Source: an uncultured Curvibacter sp. (GTDB lineage: Bacteria > Pseudomonadota > Gammaproteobacteria > Burkholderiales > Burkholderiaceae_C). Taken from it: 63,210 nt of DNA. Both the position numbers and the translations under genes were made by a program. Each line of letters begins with the position of its first letter. Position 1 is the first letter of the stretch. Of this stretch, positions 19,974 to 32,364 are shown piece after piece. The notes below the pieces were generated by a model, which was not told the DNA's origin, searched no databases, and saw nothing but the letters and a program-made list of their open reading frames with translations. The DNA lies in contig CAIUTG010000005.1 in assembly GCA_903902035.1 (NCBI GenBank), forward strand, positions 1-63,210, written 5' to 3'.

Positions 19974-20010
19974 ATTTACATTGCGAATCATTAGTATCAC
20001 TAATATAAAT
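19974..20010. promoter_or_regulatory. Putative LysR T-N11-A boxes in the AT-rich divergent promoter
   Basis: ATTTACATTGCGAAT and ATCACTAATATAAAT directly upstream of the lysR start. Confidence 0.5.
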
Positions 20011-20087
20011 TATTTAAATATCAGTAAAAACCCTATCATTCGGTCATTCGCGCTGATGACAGCGTATTTCGATTGAAAGGCTTTGAC

Positions 20088-20540
20088 ATGACATCGATCA
20101 CCCAATCCCCAGCCGGTTTGTCCAATACCGCTGCTTATGTGGCCAATCCCGGCGTGAGCGCCACGCCCACTTCTGCCCGCTCGGCTTATCCCGTGTTGCG
20201 CTTGCCCAAGACCCCGGTGGTGTTTGCGGCGGCGGTGCTGGTGGCGACCGCCATGCTGGTGCCCGCTGAGTTGATCGAAGGGGGCGGCGATGATCATTTG
20301 CTGATGGTGTGGTTGGCCGTTTGGACGGTGGTGTTTGCCGTGTTGTCCGTCTTGGCGACCCCCTTTACCCTGTTGGTGCAGGACCTGATGGCAGACGTGG
20401 CCGCCTGGCGCATCGCGCGCAAGCAAGCCGAAGAAGACCGCCAGTTTTGGGCGGTGGCCTTGTCCGATGCGCGGGTCATGAACGACTTGAGCCGTGCCAT
20501 GTCGGCCGACGCCAGCCGGGATGTGCGCGGTTACTATTGA
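20088..20540 (+). CDS. Hypothetical membrane protein divergent from lysR
   Basis: ATG after AAAGG; two hydrophobic segments; followed by a terminator. Confidence 0.75.
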   Translation: MTSITQSPAGLSNTAAYVANPGVSATPTSARSAYPVLRLPKTPVVFAAAVLVATAMLVPAELIEGGGDDHLLMVWLAVWTVVFAVLSVLATPFTLLVQDLMADVAAWRIARKQAEEDRQFWAVALSDARVMNDLSRAMSADASRDVRGYY

Positions 20541-20561
20541 GTCGCGGTTTCCAACACCAAG

Positions 20562-20589
20562 AAAAAAGCCCCTTTAAAGGGGCTTTTTT
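20562..20589. terminator. Bidirectional rho-independent terminator
   Basis: Perfect palindrome AAAAAAGCCCCTTTAAAGGGGCTTTTTT between converging genes. Confidence 0.9.
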
Positions 20590-20608
20590 GTGGCCGATCG
20601 CGCCAGCC

Positions 20609-22504
20609 TCAAGCCATTGCGTTCAAACGCTCGGCCAAAGCTTCTTTGGTGGCGCTCAAGGCCTTGGGCAGGTGGTAGGCCAACTTGTCAAAGTGCTCGC
20701 TGTGCAGCTTCAATTCGTCCAGCCAAGCCGCCTTGTTCAACTCGGTCACGGTTTGGAATTGGCTTTCTGAGAAGTTCAAACCCGTCCAGTTGATTTCGCT
20801 GTAGTTCGGGGTGATCCCGAACAGGGTGTCACGGCCCTGGACTTGGCCTTCCAGGCGGTCGATCATCCACTTCAGTACGCGCATGTTTTCGCCATAACCG
20901 GGCCAGACGAACTTGCCGTCGTCGCCTTTGCGGAACCAGTTGGTGGTGTAAATCTTGGGCAGTTTGGCTCCAGCGGCGGTGAGCTTGGTGCCCAAATCCA
21001 GCCAGTGCTGGAAATAGTCGCTCATGTTGTAGCCGCAGAATGGCAGCATGGCAAACGGGTCACGGCGCACCACGCCTTGTTGGCCAAAGGCGGCGGCGGT
21101 GGTTTCGGAGCCCATGGTGGCGGCCATGTAGACGCCCTCGACCCAGTTGCGGGCTTCGGTCACCAAAGGCACGGTGGTCGAGCGGCGGCCGCCAAAAATG
21201 AAGGCATCAATCGCCACGCCCGCCGGGTCGTCCCAGGCGCTGTCGAGCGCGGGGTTGTTGGTGGCGGCCACCGTGAAGCGGGCGTTGGGGTGGGCCGCTT
21301 TGGCGCCGGTTTCCTTGGCGATGGCAGGCGTCCAGTCCTTGCCTTGCCAGTCGATCAGGTGAGCGGGCAAATGACCCGTGTCTTTTTCCAGGCCTTCCCA
21401 CCACACATCGCCGTCGTCGGTCAGGGCCACATTGGTGAAGATGACATCCTGGTTCAAGCTCGCCATGCAGTTGGGGTTGGTGACTTGGTTGGTGCCGGGG
21501 GCCACGCCAAAGTAGCCAGCCTCGGGGTTGATGGCCCGCAGGCTGCCATCGGCTTGGGGTTTGATCCAGGCGATGTCGTCGCCAATGGTGGTGACTTTCC
21601 AGCCGTCAAACCCAGCGGGCGGCACGAGCATGGAGAAGTTGGTTTTGCCGCAGGCGCTGGGAAAGGCCGCTGCCACGTGGTATTTTTTACCTTGCGGGTT
21701 GGTCACGCCCAAAATCAACATGTGCTCGGCCAGCCAGCCGGTGCCGCCGGTGGCGGTGGCTTCGGCTTTGCCCATGGTCGAAGCGATGCGCAACGCCAGG
21801 CATTTTTTGCCCAGCAGGGCGTTGCCGCCGTAGCCGGAGCCATAAGACCAGATTTCGCGGGTTTCGGGGTAGTGAACGATGTACTTGGTGGTGGGGTTGC
21901 AGGGCCAAGAGGTGTTGTCTTTTTCGCCAGCGGCCAAAGGGGCCCCCACGGTGTGCAGACAGGGCACGAACTCGCCGTCCACGCCCAGCACGTCATAAAC
22001 CGCCTTGCCCATGCGCGTCATCAGGCGCTGGTTGACGGCGACATAAGCGCTGTCAGACAGCTCGACGCCGATGTGGGCAATGTTGGAGCCCAAGGGGCCC
22101 ATGCTGAAAGGAATCACGTACATCGTGCGCCCGGCCATGCAGCCCTCAAACAAGGGTTGCAGGGTGGCGCGCATTTCGGCCGGTGCTTTCCAATTGTTGG
22201 TGGGACCGGCGTCTTCTTTCTTTTCGGAACAAATGAAGGTGCGGTCTTCAACCCGGGCCACGTCGCTGGGGTCGGAGCAGGCCAGGTAGCTGTTGGCGCG
22301 TTTGGCGGGGTTCAGGCGTTTGAAGGTGCCCGCGTCGACCAGTTGCTGGCACAGGCGATCGTATTCTTCGACGCTGCCGTCGCACCAGTGGATGGCGGCC
22401 GGTTGGCACAGGGCCACCATGTCGGCCACCCAGGCGATCAGCTTGGGGTTTTTGACGTAGGCGGGGGGGTTGAGGGGCAGGCCCTGCAAGGTGGGTGCAT
22501 TCAT
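20609..22504 (-). CDS. pckG: Phosphoenolpyruvate carboxykinase (GTP)
   Basis: [47 protein letters not shown]. Confidence 0.96.
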   Translation of the reverse strand: MNAPTLQGLPLNPPAYVKNPKLIAWVADMVALCQPAAIHWCDGSVEEYDRLCQQLVDAGTFKRLNPAKRANSYLACSDPSDVARVEDRTFICSEKKEDAGPTNNWKAPAEMRATLQPLFEGCMAGRTMYVIPFSMGPLGSNIAHIGVELSDSAYVAVNQRLMTRMGKAVYDVLGVDGEFVPCLHTVGAPLAAGEKDNTSWPCNPTTKYIVHYPETREIWSYGSGYGGNALLGKKCLALRIASTMGKAEATATGGTGWLAEHMLILGVTNPQGKKYHVAAAFPSACGKTNFSMLVPPAGFDGWKVTTIGDDIAWIKPQADGSLRAINPEAGYFGVAPGTNQVTNPNCMASLNQDVIFTNVALTDDGDVWWEGLEKDTGHLPAHLIDWQGKDWTPAIAKETGAKAAHPNARFTVAATNNPALDSAWDDPAGVAIDAFIFGGRRSTTVPLVTEARNWVEGVYMAATMGSETTAAAFGQQGVVRRDPFAMLPFCGYNMSDYFQHWLDLGTKLTAAGAKLPKIYTTNWFRKGDDGKFVWPGYGENMRVLKWMIDRLEGQVQGRDTLFGITPNYSEINWTGLNFSESQFQTVTELNKAAWLDELKLHSEHFDKLAYHLPKALSATKEALAERLNAMA

Positions 22505-22528
22505 GAAAAGGCTCCAAAGTTGAAAACG

Positions 22529-22607
22529 GTTTTTTCAAAATGGACGGCCTCGGGGGCGCAGCAGCAGACGGTTGCGCTTGAATTTTGGCCGTCGTTTTTG
22601 AAAAAAC
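22529..22607 (-). promoter_or_regulatory. Long stem-loop in the pckG 5' leader
   Basis: 21-nt arms at 22529-22549 and 22587-22607, complementary at 19 of 21 positions. Confidence 0.55.
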
Positions 22608-22756
22608 GGCGTTGGGGTCAGTCGGCGAAGCGTCGGCTGGGGGCTGATTTTAGGAAGGACTTAACGAAACAGTCAATCAGATTCGTAACCAGTTCGTAAC
22701 CTGGTCTCGGAAAAAAGCCCCTGCGCATGACAGAGGCCTTGGGTCAAAAGTGTGGC

Positions 22757-22903
22757 TCAGGCCATGGTGATGGCGATGAAGGCCAGCAAGAACATCAAAA
22801 CCGCCCCCGCCAAAGGCAAGACCAGGGGGATGAGGGCCACGATGGCTTCGACAGGATCAACCGTTTGCTCAGGGCTGGCATCGGCGTGGTGGGCGTTCGA
22901 CAT
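22757..22903 (-). CDS. 48-aa small membrane protein
   Basis: MSNAHHADASPEQTVDPVEAIVALIPLVLPLAGAVLMFLLAFIAITMA*; SD GAGGA 6 nt before ATG; GC-rich third codon positions. Confidence 0.7.
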   Translation of the reverse strand: MSNAHHADASPEQTVDPVEAIVALIPLVLPLAGAVLMFLLAFIAITMA

Positions 22904-22942
22904 GGGGATTCCTCGCTCAAACAAAAGACACAAGGCTCGATT

Positions 22943-24850
22943 TTAATCAAGCCCGGGCTTGGGAAAGAGCTGGCAAACCCTCAGTACCTCCTCGCCATAG
23001 GCGCTGAGTTTGCGTTGACCGATGCCACTGACCGTGGCCAGTGCGGCCAGGTCGGCGGGGCGCAGCGTGGCGATGGCCGCCAGGGTGGCGTCGTGAAAAA
23101 TCACATAGGCCGGCAGGTTGTGGGCGCTGGCGACTTCGGCCCGCCAGGCTTTGAGTGCGTCAAAACAAGCGCGGTCCGCACCCGACAAATTTTCTGCAGG
23201 CTGGGTCGCCGCCCGACGAGGGGGCGGTGTCAGCGGGGTTTCCCCTTGGCGCACCCAGAGGGATTGTTCACCCCGCAGGATGGGCCGCGCTTCGCTTTGC
23301 AAATGCAGGGTGTTGTAGCCATCGGCGTCAATGCGCAAGGCCCCCATGGCCAGCAATTGGCGCAGCACGCTGCGCAAGCGGGTATCGGTGTATTGAGCCC
23401 CCAAGCCAAAGGTGCTCAAGTGTTGGTGACCGAATTGCTTGACTTTTTCGGTGACTTTGCCGCGCACAATGTCGCTCAAATGCCCTGCACCAAAGGCGGG
23501 ACTGCCCGCCTGATGCAGCCGGTAAACGGTGGACAGCAGTTTGCGTGCGGCGTCGGTTCCGTCCCACAGGGCGGGGGGTTTGAGGCAGTTGTCGCAATTC
23601 TGGCAAGGCGCGCTGGCTTCGCCAAAGTAGCGCAGCAGGCGCACCCGTCGGCAATCCATGGCCTCGGCCAGGCCCAGCAAGGCGTCCAGTTTGCCGCGCA
23701 TCACTTGTTTGAATTCTTCCCCAGCGGGGCTTTCGTCGATCATGCGGCGTTGGTTCACCACATCATTCAACCCGTAAGCCATCCAGGCGTTGGCGGGTGC
23801 CCCATCGCGACCGGCGCGGCCGGTTTCCTGGTAGTAGCCCTCGATGTTCTTGGGCATGTCCAGGTGGGCAACAAAGCGCACATCGGGTTTGTCGATGCCC
23901 ATGCCAAAGGCAATCGTTGCCACCATGATGATGCTTTCTTCCCGCAAAAAGCGGTCTTGGTGCGCTTGCCGCACGGCACCCTCCAGGCCCGCGTGGTAGG
24001 GCAAGGCGTTGAAACCGGCGTCGCACAGGGTTTGGGCCATTTGCTCGACCCGTTTGCGGGATTGGCAATACACCACACCACAATCGTGACGGCCGTTTGC
24101 GCCGCTGTGCTCGCGCTCCAAAAAACGCAGCAGTTGTTGGCTGGCTTCGCGCTTTTCCACGATGGTGTAGCGGATATTGGGTCGGTCAAAGCTGCTGATG
24201 AAAGGCTCGGCATCTTCCAACTGCAGCCGCTCCACAATGTCGGCACGGGTGATGGCGTCGGCGGTCGCGGTCAGCGCAATCCGTGGCACTTGGGGAAAGC
24301 GCTCGTGCAACACCGTCAGGCCGCGGTATTCGGGTCGGAAGTCGTGACCCCACTGGCTGACGCAATGGGCCTCGTCAATGGCAAAAAGGCTCAAAAGCCC
24401 CCGCTCGGCCAGCGAACCCATTTGCGCCAGGAACCGGGGGGTGGTCAAGCGCTCGGGTGCGGCATACAACAGGGTCAAGGCTCCGGCCAACAGGCGTTTT
24501 TCAACCGCCTGGGCGGCTTCCCAAGACAAGCTGGAGTTCAGATAGGCGGCGGCCACGCCCAACTCGTCCAAAGCCCCCACCTGGTCGTGCATCAGGGCGA
24601 TCAGGGGGGAGACCACGATGGTCGTGCCCAGGCCCGCCCGTTGTCGAACAATCGCAGGCACTTGGTAGCACAGGGACTTGCCGCCGCCGGTGGGCATCAG
24701 CACCAAGGCGTCGTGGCCGTTGACGACCCGTTGGATGATGGCTTCTTGGGGGCCTCTGAACTGGTCGTAGCCAAAAATGCTTTGCAACACCGCATGGGCG
24801 GTGGGGGGGGCTGCAGCAGAATGGGCGGGGGAATCGGCGAGGCGAAGCAA
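22943..24850 (-). CDS. recQ: ATP-dependent DNA helicase RecQ
   Basis: [39 protein letters not shown], Zn-binding Cys residues, C-terminal HRDC. Confidence 0.96.
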   Translation of the reverse strand: MLRLADSPAHSAAAPPTAHAVLQSIFGYDQFRGPQEAIIQRVVNGHDALVLMPTGGGKSLCYQVPAIVRQRAGLGTTIVVSPLIALMHDQVGALDELGVAAAYLNSSLSWEAAQAVEKRLLAGALTLLYAAPERLTTPRFLAQMGSLAERGLLSLFAIDEAHCVSQWGHDFRPEYRGLTVLHERFPQVPRIALTATADAITRADIVERLQLEDAEPFISSFDRPNIRYTIVEKREASQQLLRFLEREHSGANGRHDCGVVYCQSRKRVEQMAQTLCDAGFNALPYHAGLEGAVRQAHQDRFLREESIIMVATIAFGMGIDKPDVRFVAHLDMPKNIEGYYQETGRAGRDGAPANAWMAYGLNDVVNQRRMIDESPAGEEFKQVMRGKLDALLGLAEAMDCRRVRLLRYFGEASAPCQNCDNCLKPPALWDGTDAARKLLSTVYRLHQAGSPAFGAGHLSDIVRGKVTEKVKQFGHQHLSTFGLGAQYTDTRLRSVLRQLLAMGALRIDADGYNTLHLQSEARPILRGEQSLWVRQGETPLTPPPRRAATQPAENLSGADRACFDALKAWRAEVASAHNLPAYVIFHDATLAAIATLRPADLAALATVSGIGQRKLSAYGEEVLRVCQLFPKPGLD

Positions 24851-24872
24851 GGGAAGTCTTAAAATTCAAAGG

Positions 24873-25928
24873 ATGAACCCGATAGCCTACACCCGCGCAG
24901 CCGGCTTAGCCGACACTTTGGCCCAACGCATCGTTATTTTGGACGGCGCCATGGGCACCATGATTCAGCGCTTCAAGCTGAATGAGGCGCAGTACCGGGG
25001 TGAGCGCTTCGCTGATTTCCCCAAAGACGTCAAGGGCAACAATGAGTTGCTGAGCCTGACCCGCCCCGACATCATTCAAGACATCCACGAGCGCTATCTG
25101 GCGGCAGGGGCTGACTTGATCGAAACCAACACATTTGGCGCCACCACCATCGCCCAGGCTGACTACGACATGGCCCACCTGGCACGTGAAATGAACCTGG
25201 CCTCGGCTCGGCTGGCGCGTGCGGCCTGCGACAAGTTCAGCACCCCCGAGCATCCCCGTTATGTGGCGGGCGCCCTGGGCCCCACACCCAAAACCGCCAG
25301 CATCAGCCCGGACGTGAATGATCCCGCCGCCCGCAATGTCGATTTTGAGCAATTGCGAGCGGCCTATTACGAGCAGGTCGAAGCCCTGGTGGAGGGGGGG
25401 GCCGATGTGTTGTTGGTCGAAACCATTTTTGATACCTTGAATGCCAAGGCGGCCCTGTTTGCCATCGATGAGTTTTTTGAGGCCAGCGGCGAACGCCTGC
25501 CCCTGATCATCAGCGGCACCGTGACCGATGCCTCGGGCCGCATCTTGAGCGGACAGACGGTGACCGCGTTCTGGTACAGCGTGCGACACGCCAAGCCGTT
25601 GGCGGTGGGCCTGAACTGTGCGTTGGGCGCGGCTTTGATGCGCCCCTACATCCAGGAACTCAACCGGGTGGCACCCGACACCTTCATCAGTTGCTACCCC
25701 AATGCGGGCTTGCCCAACCCCATGAGCGACACCGGGTTTGATGAAACCCCCGAGGTCACCAGCCGCCTGGTTCATGAATTTGCGGCCGAGGGCTTGGTCA
25801 ACATCGTGGGCGGTTGTTGCGGCACCACGCCCGAGCACATTGGCGCCATCGCCCAAGCCGTGCAACCTCTGGCTGCGCGCGTGTTGCCGCAGGCGGGGCG
25901 TTTTGGCGCATACCGCGAGGCGGCCTGA
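24873..25928 (+). CDS. metH: Methionine synthase, homocysteine-binding module (split MetH, N-terminal part)
   Basis: [35 protein letters not shown]. Confidence 0.93.
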   Translation: MNPIAYTRAAGLADTLAQRIVILDGAMGTMIQRFKLNEAQYRGERFADFPKDVKGNNELLSLTRPDIIQDIHERYLAAGADLIETNTFGATTIAQADYDMAHLAREMNLASARLARAACDKFSTPEHPRYVAGALGPTPKTASISPDVNDPAARNVDFEQLRAAYYEQVEALVEGGADVLLVETIFDTLNAKAALFAIDEFFEASGERLPLIISGTVTDASGRILSGQTVTAFWYSVRHAKPLAVGLNCALGAALMRPYIQELNRVAPDTFISCYPNAGLPNPMSDTGFDETPEVTSRLVHEFAAEGLVNIVGGCCGTTPEHIGAIAQAVQPLAARVLPQAGRFGAYREAA

Positions 25929-25941
25929 GCGCCGGGCAACC

Positions 25942-26394
25942 GTGACGACCGCTCCAGCTTGGTTGACCCCTTTACAGGGCTGGCGGCGGCGGGTGGTTTA
26001 TGTGTCTTGCTACGAAGGCTTGGCGATTGTTTGCACCAGCATCGGCCTGGCACAGATGTCGGGCGATGGTTTGGGCCACGCGGGCGTCATGGGTCTGGCG
26101 TCCTCGGCCATAGCGGTGATTTGGAATCTCGCATTCAACGCCTTGTTCGAGCGCTGGGAGGCCCGGCAAACCCGGCGCGGACGTGGCTTCGCCCGGCGGG
26201 TGGCCCATGCGGTGGGTTTTGAAGGCGGTTTGCTACTGACTTTTGTGCCCTTGTTTGCCTGGTGGTTTGAGGTCAGCCTGTGGCAATCCTTTCTCATGGA
26301 TTTGGGCTTGCTGGTTTTTTTTCTTATTTACACCTTTGGGTTCAATTGGGCTTTTGACCGTTTGTTCGGCCTGCCTGCGGCAGCCGCCCCTTGA
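25942..26394 (+). CDS. PACE-family (AceI-like) efflux transporter
   Basis: Tandem motifs [11 protein letters not shown] and [31 protein letters not shown]; GTG start at 25942 assumed. Confidence 0.85.
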   Translation: MTTAPAWLTPLQGWRRRVVYVSCYEGLAIVCTSIGLAQMSGDGLGHAGVMGLASSAIAVIWNLAFNALFERWEARQTRRGRGFARRVAHAVGFEGGLLLTFVPLFAWWFEVSLWQSFLMDLGLLVFFLIYTFGFNWAFDRLFGLPAAAAP

Positions 26395-26431
26395 GCGCCA
26401 CGGCCAACACAGCGGCTAAAATCTCGCCCAT

Positions 26432-26504
26432 CTCAAGGAGCGTTGCAGCGAGTCCGCCAGGGCTTGTCAGGCTTGAGGCTTTCCGTGATTCAACGACGCT
26501 CACC
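26432..26504 (+). ncRNA. SAH riboswitch
   Basis: CTCAAGGAGCGTTGCAGCG...TCAGGCTTGAG...CAACGACGCTCAC matches the SAH aptamer pattern (P1 CTCAAG/CTTGAG, GAGCG/CGCTC pseudoknot); directly upstream of metH. Confidence 0.9.
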
Positions 26505-26525
26505 TGATTTCAGCCGTCCTACCAG

Positions 26526-29309
<2,784 letters not shown>

Positions 29310-29311
29310 GC

Positions 29312-30085
29312 TTATTGCTCTGCGAAGGCGCGTTCGATCACGAAGTCGCCGGGCTTGGTGGTGTTGCCTTCCTTGAAGCCCCGGGTTTCCATCATGTGCT
29401 TCAGGTCGCGCAACATTTCGGGGCTGCCGCAAATCATCACGCGGTCTTCCACCGGGTTCAAGGCGGGTAGGCCGAGGTCGGCGGCCATTTGGCCGTTGTC
29501 AATCACGGTGGTCACACGGCCCTGGTGTTTGAAAGCCTCCCGCGTCACGGTGGGGTAGTACTTGAGTTGCTGGCTGACCATCTCGCCCAGGAACTCGTGC
29601 TGGGGCAGTTCTTGGGTGATGTAGTCGTGGTAAGCCAATTCCTTGACTTCGCGCACGCCGTGCACCAAGACCACTTGCTCGAACTTTTCATAGGTCTCGG
29701 GGTCGCGGATGATGCTCAAAAACGGCGCCACGCCCGTGCCGGTGGACAGCATGTACAGCCGTTTGCCCGGCAGCAAGTAGTCAATCAACAAAGTGCCCGT
29801 GGGCTTTTTGCCGACCACGATGCTGTCACCCACCTGGATGTGTTGCAGGCGTGAGGTAAGCGGGCCATCGGGCACCTTGATGCTCAAAAATTCCAGATGT
29901 TCTTCATAGTTGGCCGACACGATGCTGTAAGCACGCAGCAACGGTTTGTCGTTCACGCGCAGGCCAATCATGGTGAAGTGGCCGTTGGAAAACCGCAGTG
30001 AGGTGTCCCGGGTGGTGGTGAAAGAGAAAAGCCGGTCGGTCCAGTGGTGCACTGAGAGCACGCGTTCTTCGTTGAAAGCACTCAT
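29312..30085 (-). CDS. fpr: Ferredoxin-NADP+ reductase
   Basis: RAYSIVS, GPLTSRLQ, TGTGVAPF, MICGS, ERAF. Confidence 0.94.
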   Translation of the reverse strand: MSAFNEERVLSVHHWTDRLFSFTTTRDTSLRFSNGHFTMIGLRVNDKPLLRAYSIVSANYEEHLEFLSIKVPDGPLTSRLQHIQVGDSIVVGKKPTGTLLIDYLLPGKRLYMLSTGTGVAPFLSIIRDPETYEKFEQVVLVHGVREVKELAYHDYITQELPQHEFLGEMVSQQLKYYPTVTREAFKHQGRVTTVIDNGQMAADLGLPALNPVEDRVMICGSPEMLRDLKHMMETRGFKEGNTTKPGDFVIERAFAEQ

Positions 30086-30178
30086 GAGATGGAAGGAAAC
30101 TTGTAAAAAAAGAAGGAACGTAAACCCCCCATTGTCCCGCATCTTCCGAATCGAGGTTCCTGCCGGTTTTTGGGGGGC

Positions 30179-31804
30179 TCAAGTGGCGGTCATGGCGCGG
30201 TATTGAATCGCCTCGGCCAGGTGCTCGGTTTGGATGTTTTCGGCCTCGGCCAAATCGGCAATGGTGCGGGACACGCGCAAGGCCCGGTGGACGCCACGCG
30301 CTGACCAGCCCAGCTTTTGGGCCGCCGCCATCAGCAATTGCTGGGTCTTGTCCGCCAGCCGCGTGTGTTGTTGCAGGGCCTCGGCGCGCAAGGCTTGGTT
30401 CGGCTGGTTTTGTCGCTGCAGCGCACGGGCCCTGGCCTGCACCACCCGTGCCTGGACTTGCCGGGTTTCCGAGCGGGGGCTGGCGTCAAGCGCTTCGCTT
30501 GGCCAAGGTGGCGGGGTCCACAGGGCCGTCAATGGAACGGCGTTGACGTGAATGTGCAGGTCAATGCGGTCCAGCAAGGGGCCACTCAAACGGCCTTGGT
30601 AACGTGCAACCTGCTCTGGCGTACAGCGGCAGCGCGGCGCGGTGGGCCCGGTTTGAAGCGGCGTGTGCATCCCCAGCAGGCCGCAGGGGCATGGGTTCAT
30701 GGCGGCAATCAGCTGGAATTGGGCGGGGTATTCGGCCCGGTGCGCGGCCCGGGCCAAGCGGATCACGCCGGTTTCCAGCGGTTCGCGCAAGGCCTCCAGC
30801 GCCGCCCTGGGGAATTCGGGAAGTTCATCCAAGAACAGCACGCCGTGGTGCGCCAGGGAAATTTCGCCAGGCCGAGGCGGTGAGCCGCCGCCCACCAAAG
30901 CCACCGCGCTGGCGCTGTGGTGCGGGCTGCGGGTTGGGCGCTGACCCCAGTCGTCGGGCTTGAATTGGGCCGCCAGGCTCAGCACGGCGGCACTGCTCAG
31001 GGCTTCGTCCAGGGTCATGGGGGGCAGCAAGCCAGCAAATCGGCTCGCCAGCATGGACTTGCCCGAGCCGGGCGGCCCCACCATCAACAAGCTGTGGTTG
31101 CCCGCAGCGGCAATTTCCAGGGCGCGTTTGGCGACGGCCTGGCCTTTGACGTCGGCCAGGTCTTCCGGGGCGGTCCATGCGCGGGGGGTGTGGCGGCAAG
31201 GGTCCAGGCGAGACCAGCCGTTGCCCAGGGGCGTTGCGGCGGGTTGGCGGGTGGGTTTGGGCGCAAAGCGTGTAGCCACATCGCGCAGGTGTTCGGCACG
31301 CCAGACCAGGGTGTCGGGCACCAAGGCGGCTTCTTCGGCGCTGCCCGGCGGCAGGACCCACTGAATGGCAGGGACCTGGCTTTGGCGGCATTCGCTGCGA
31401 CTGGCCACCACCATGGCCAAGGCCCCGCGCACGGGCCTCAAGGCCCCTGAAAGCGAGAGTTCCCCGGCAAATTCAAACGCCGCCAAGGCCCCCGCATCGA
31501 TTTGGCCGCTGGCGGCCAGAATGCCCAAAGCCATGGGCAGATCAAACCGCCCCGATTCCTTGGGCAAGTCGGCCGGTGCCAGGTTGACAATGATTTTTTT
31601 GTTGTTTGGAAAGACCAGGCCCGAATTCAGAATGGCCGAACGAACCCGTTCACGGGCCTCTTTGACCTCGGTATCGGCCAGACCCACCAGGTTGAAGCTG
31701 GGCAATCCATTGGCCAAATGGACCTCGACCAGGATGCGTGGGGCGCGCAAACCTTGCAGGGTTCGGCTGTTGACTTGGGCAAAATCAGGCAAAGAGGGCT
31801 GCAT
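30179..31804 (-). CDS. comM: YifB/ComM Mg-chelatase-like AAA+ ATPase
   Basis: VNLAPADLPKESGRFDL, GPPGSGKSMLA, PGEISLAHHGVLFLDE, MNPCPCG. Confidence 0.92.
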   Translation of the reverse strand: MQPSLPDFAQVNSRTLQGLRAPRILVEVHLANGLPSFNLVGLADTEVKEARERVRSAILNSGLVFPNNKKIIVNLAPADLPKESGRFDLPMALGILAASGQIDAGALAAFEFAGELSLSGALRPVRGALAMVVASRSECRQSQVPAIQWVLPPGSAEEAALVPDTLVWRAEHLRDVATRFAPKPTRQPAATPLGNGWSRLDPCRHTPRAWTAPEDLADVKGQAVAKRALEIAAAGNHSLLMVGPPGSGKSMLASRFAGLLPPMTLDEALSSAAVLSLAAQFKPDDWGQRPTRSPHHSASAVALVGGGSPPRPGEISLAHHGVLFLDELPEFPRAALEALREPLETGVIRLARAAHRAEYPAQFQLIAAMNPCPCGLLGMHTPLQTGPTAPRCRCTPEQVARYQGRLSGPLLDRIDLHIHVNAVPLTALWTPPPWPSEALDASPRSETRQVQARVVQARARALQRQNQPNQALRAEALQQHTRLADKTQQLLMAAAQKLGWSARGVHRALRVSRTIADLAEAENIQTEHLAEAIQYRAMTAT

Positions 31805-31865
31805 TGTTTTGGTGCGTTTTTATTTGACAACAGCACCAGAATTGAGAAAAGCACCCGTTTGGTGC
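31801..31865. promoter_or_regulatory. NtrC-type enhancer sites
   Basis: GCACC-CGTTT-GGTGC 31851-31865 and GCATT-GTTTT-GGTGC 31801-31815, upstream of a sigma54 promoter. Confidence 0.8.
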
Positions 31866-31914
31866 ATTGACAATGGCGACCTGGCCCAAATCGCGGCAGT
31901 GCAAGTCTTCACAT

Positions 31915-31930
31915 TTGGCACGAAATCTGC
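31915..31930 (+). promoter_or_regulatory. Sigma54 (-24/-12) promoter of glnK-amtB
   Basis: TTGGCACGAAATCTGC with GG-N10-GC spacing. Confidence 0.85.
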
Positions 31931-31967
31931 GTGCATTGATGTTTCAAATTGTTTTTAAATTTTCTAA

Positions 31968-32327
<360 letters not shown>

Positions 32328-32364
32328 AGCGGTTGAACCCCCACAAGATCAAGAAAGTCTGATT

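Noticed and set aside
20609-22504. GTP-type rather than ATP-type PEP carboxykinase
   Set aside because: Already known in Burkholderiales; not unusual
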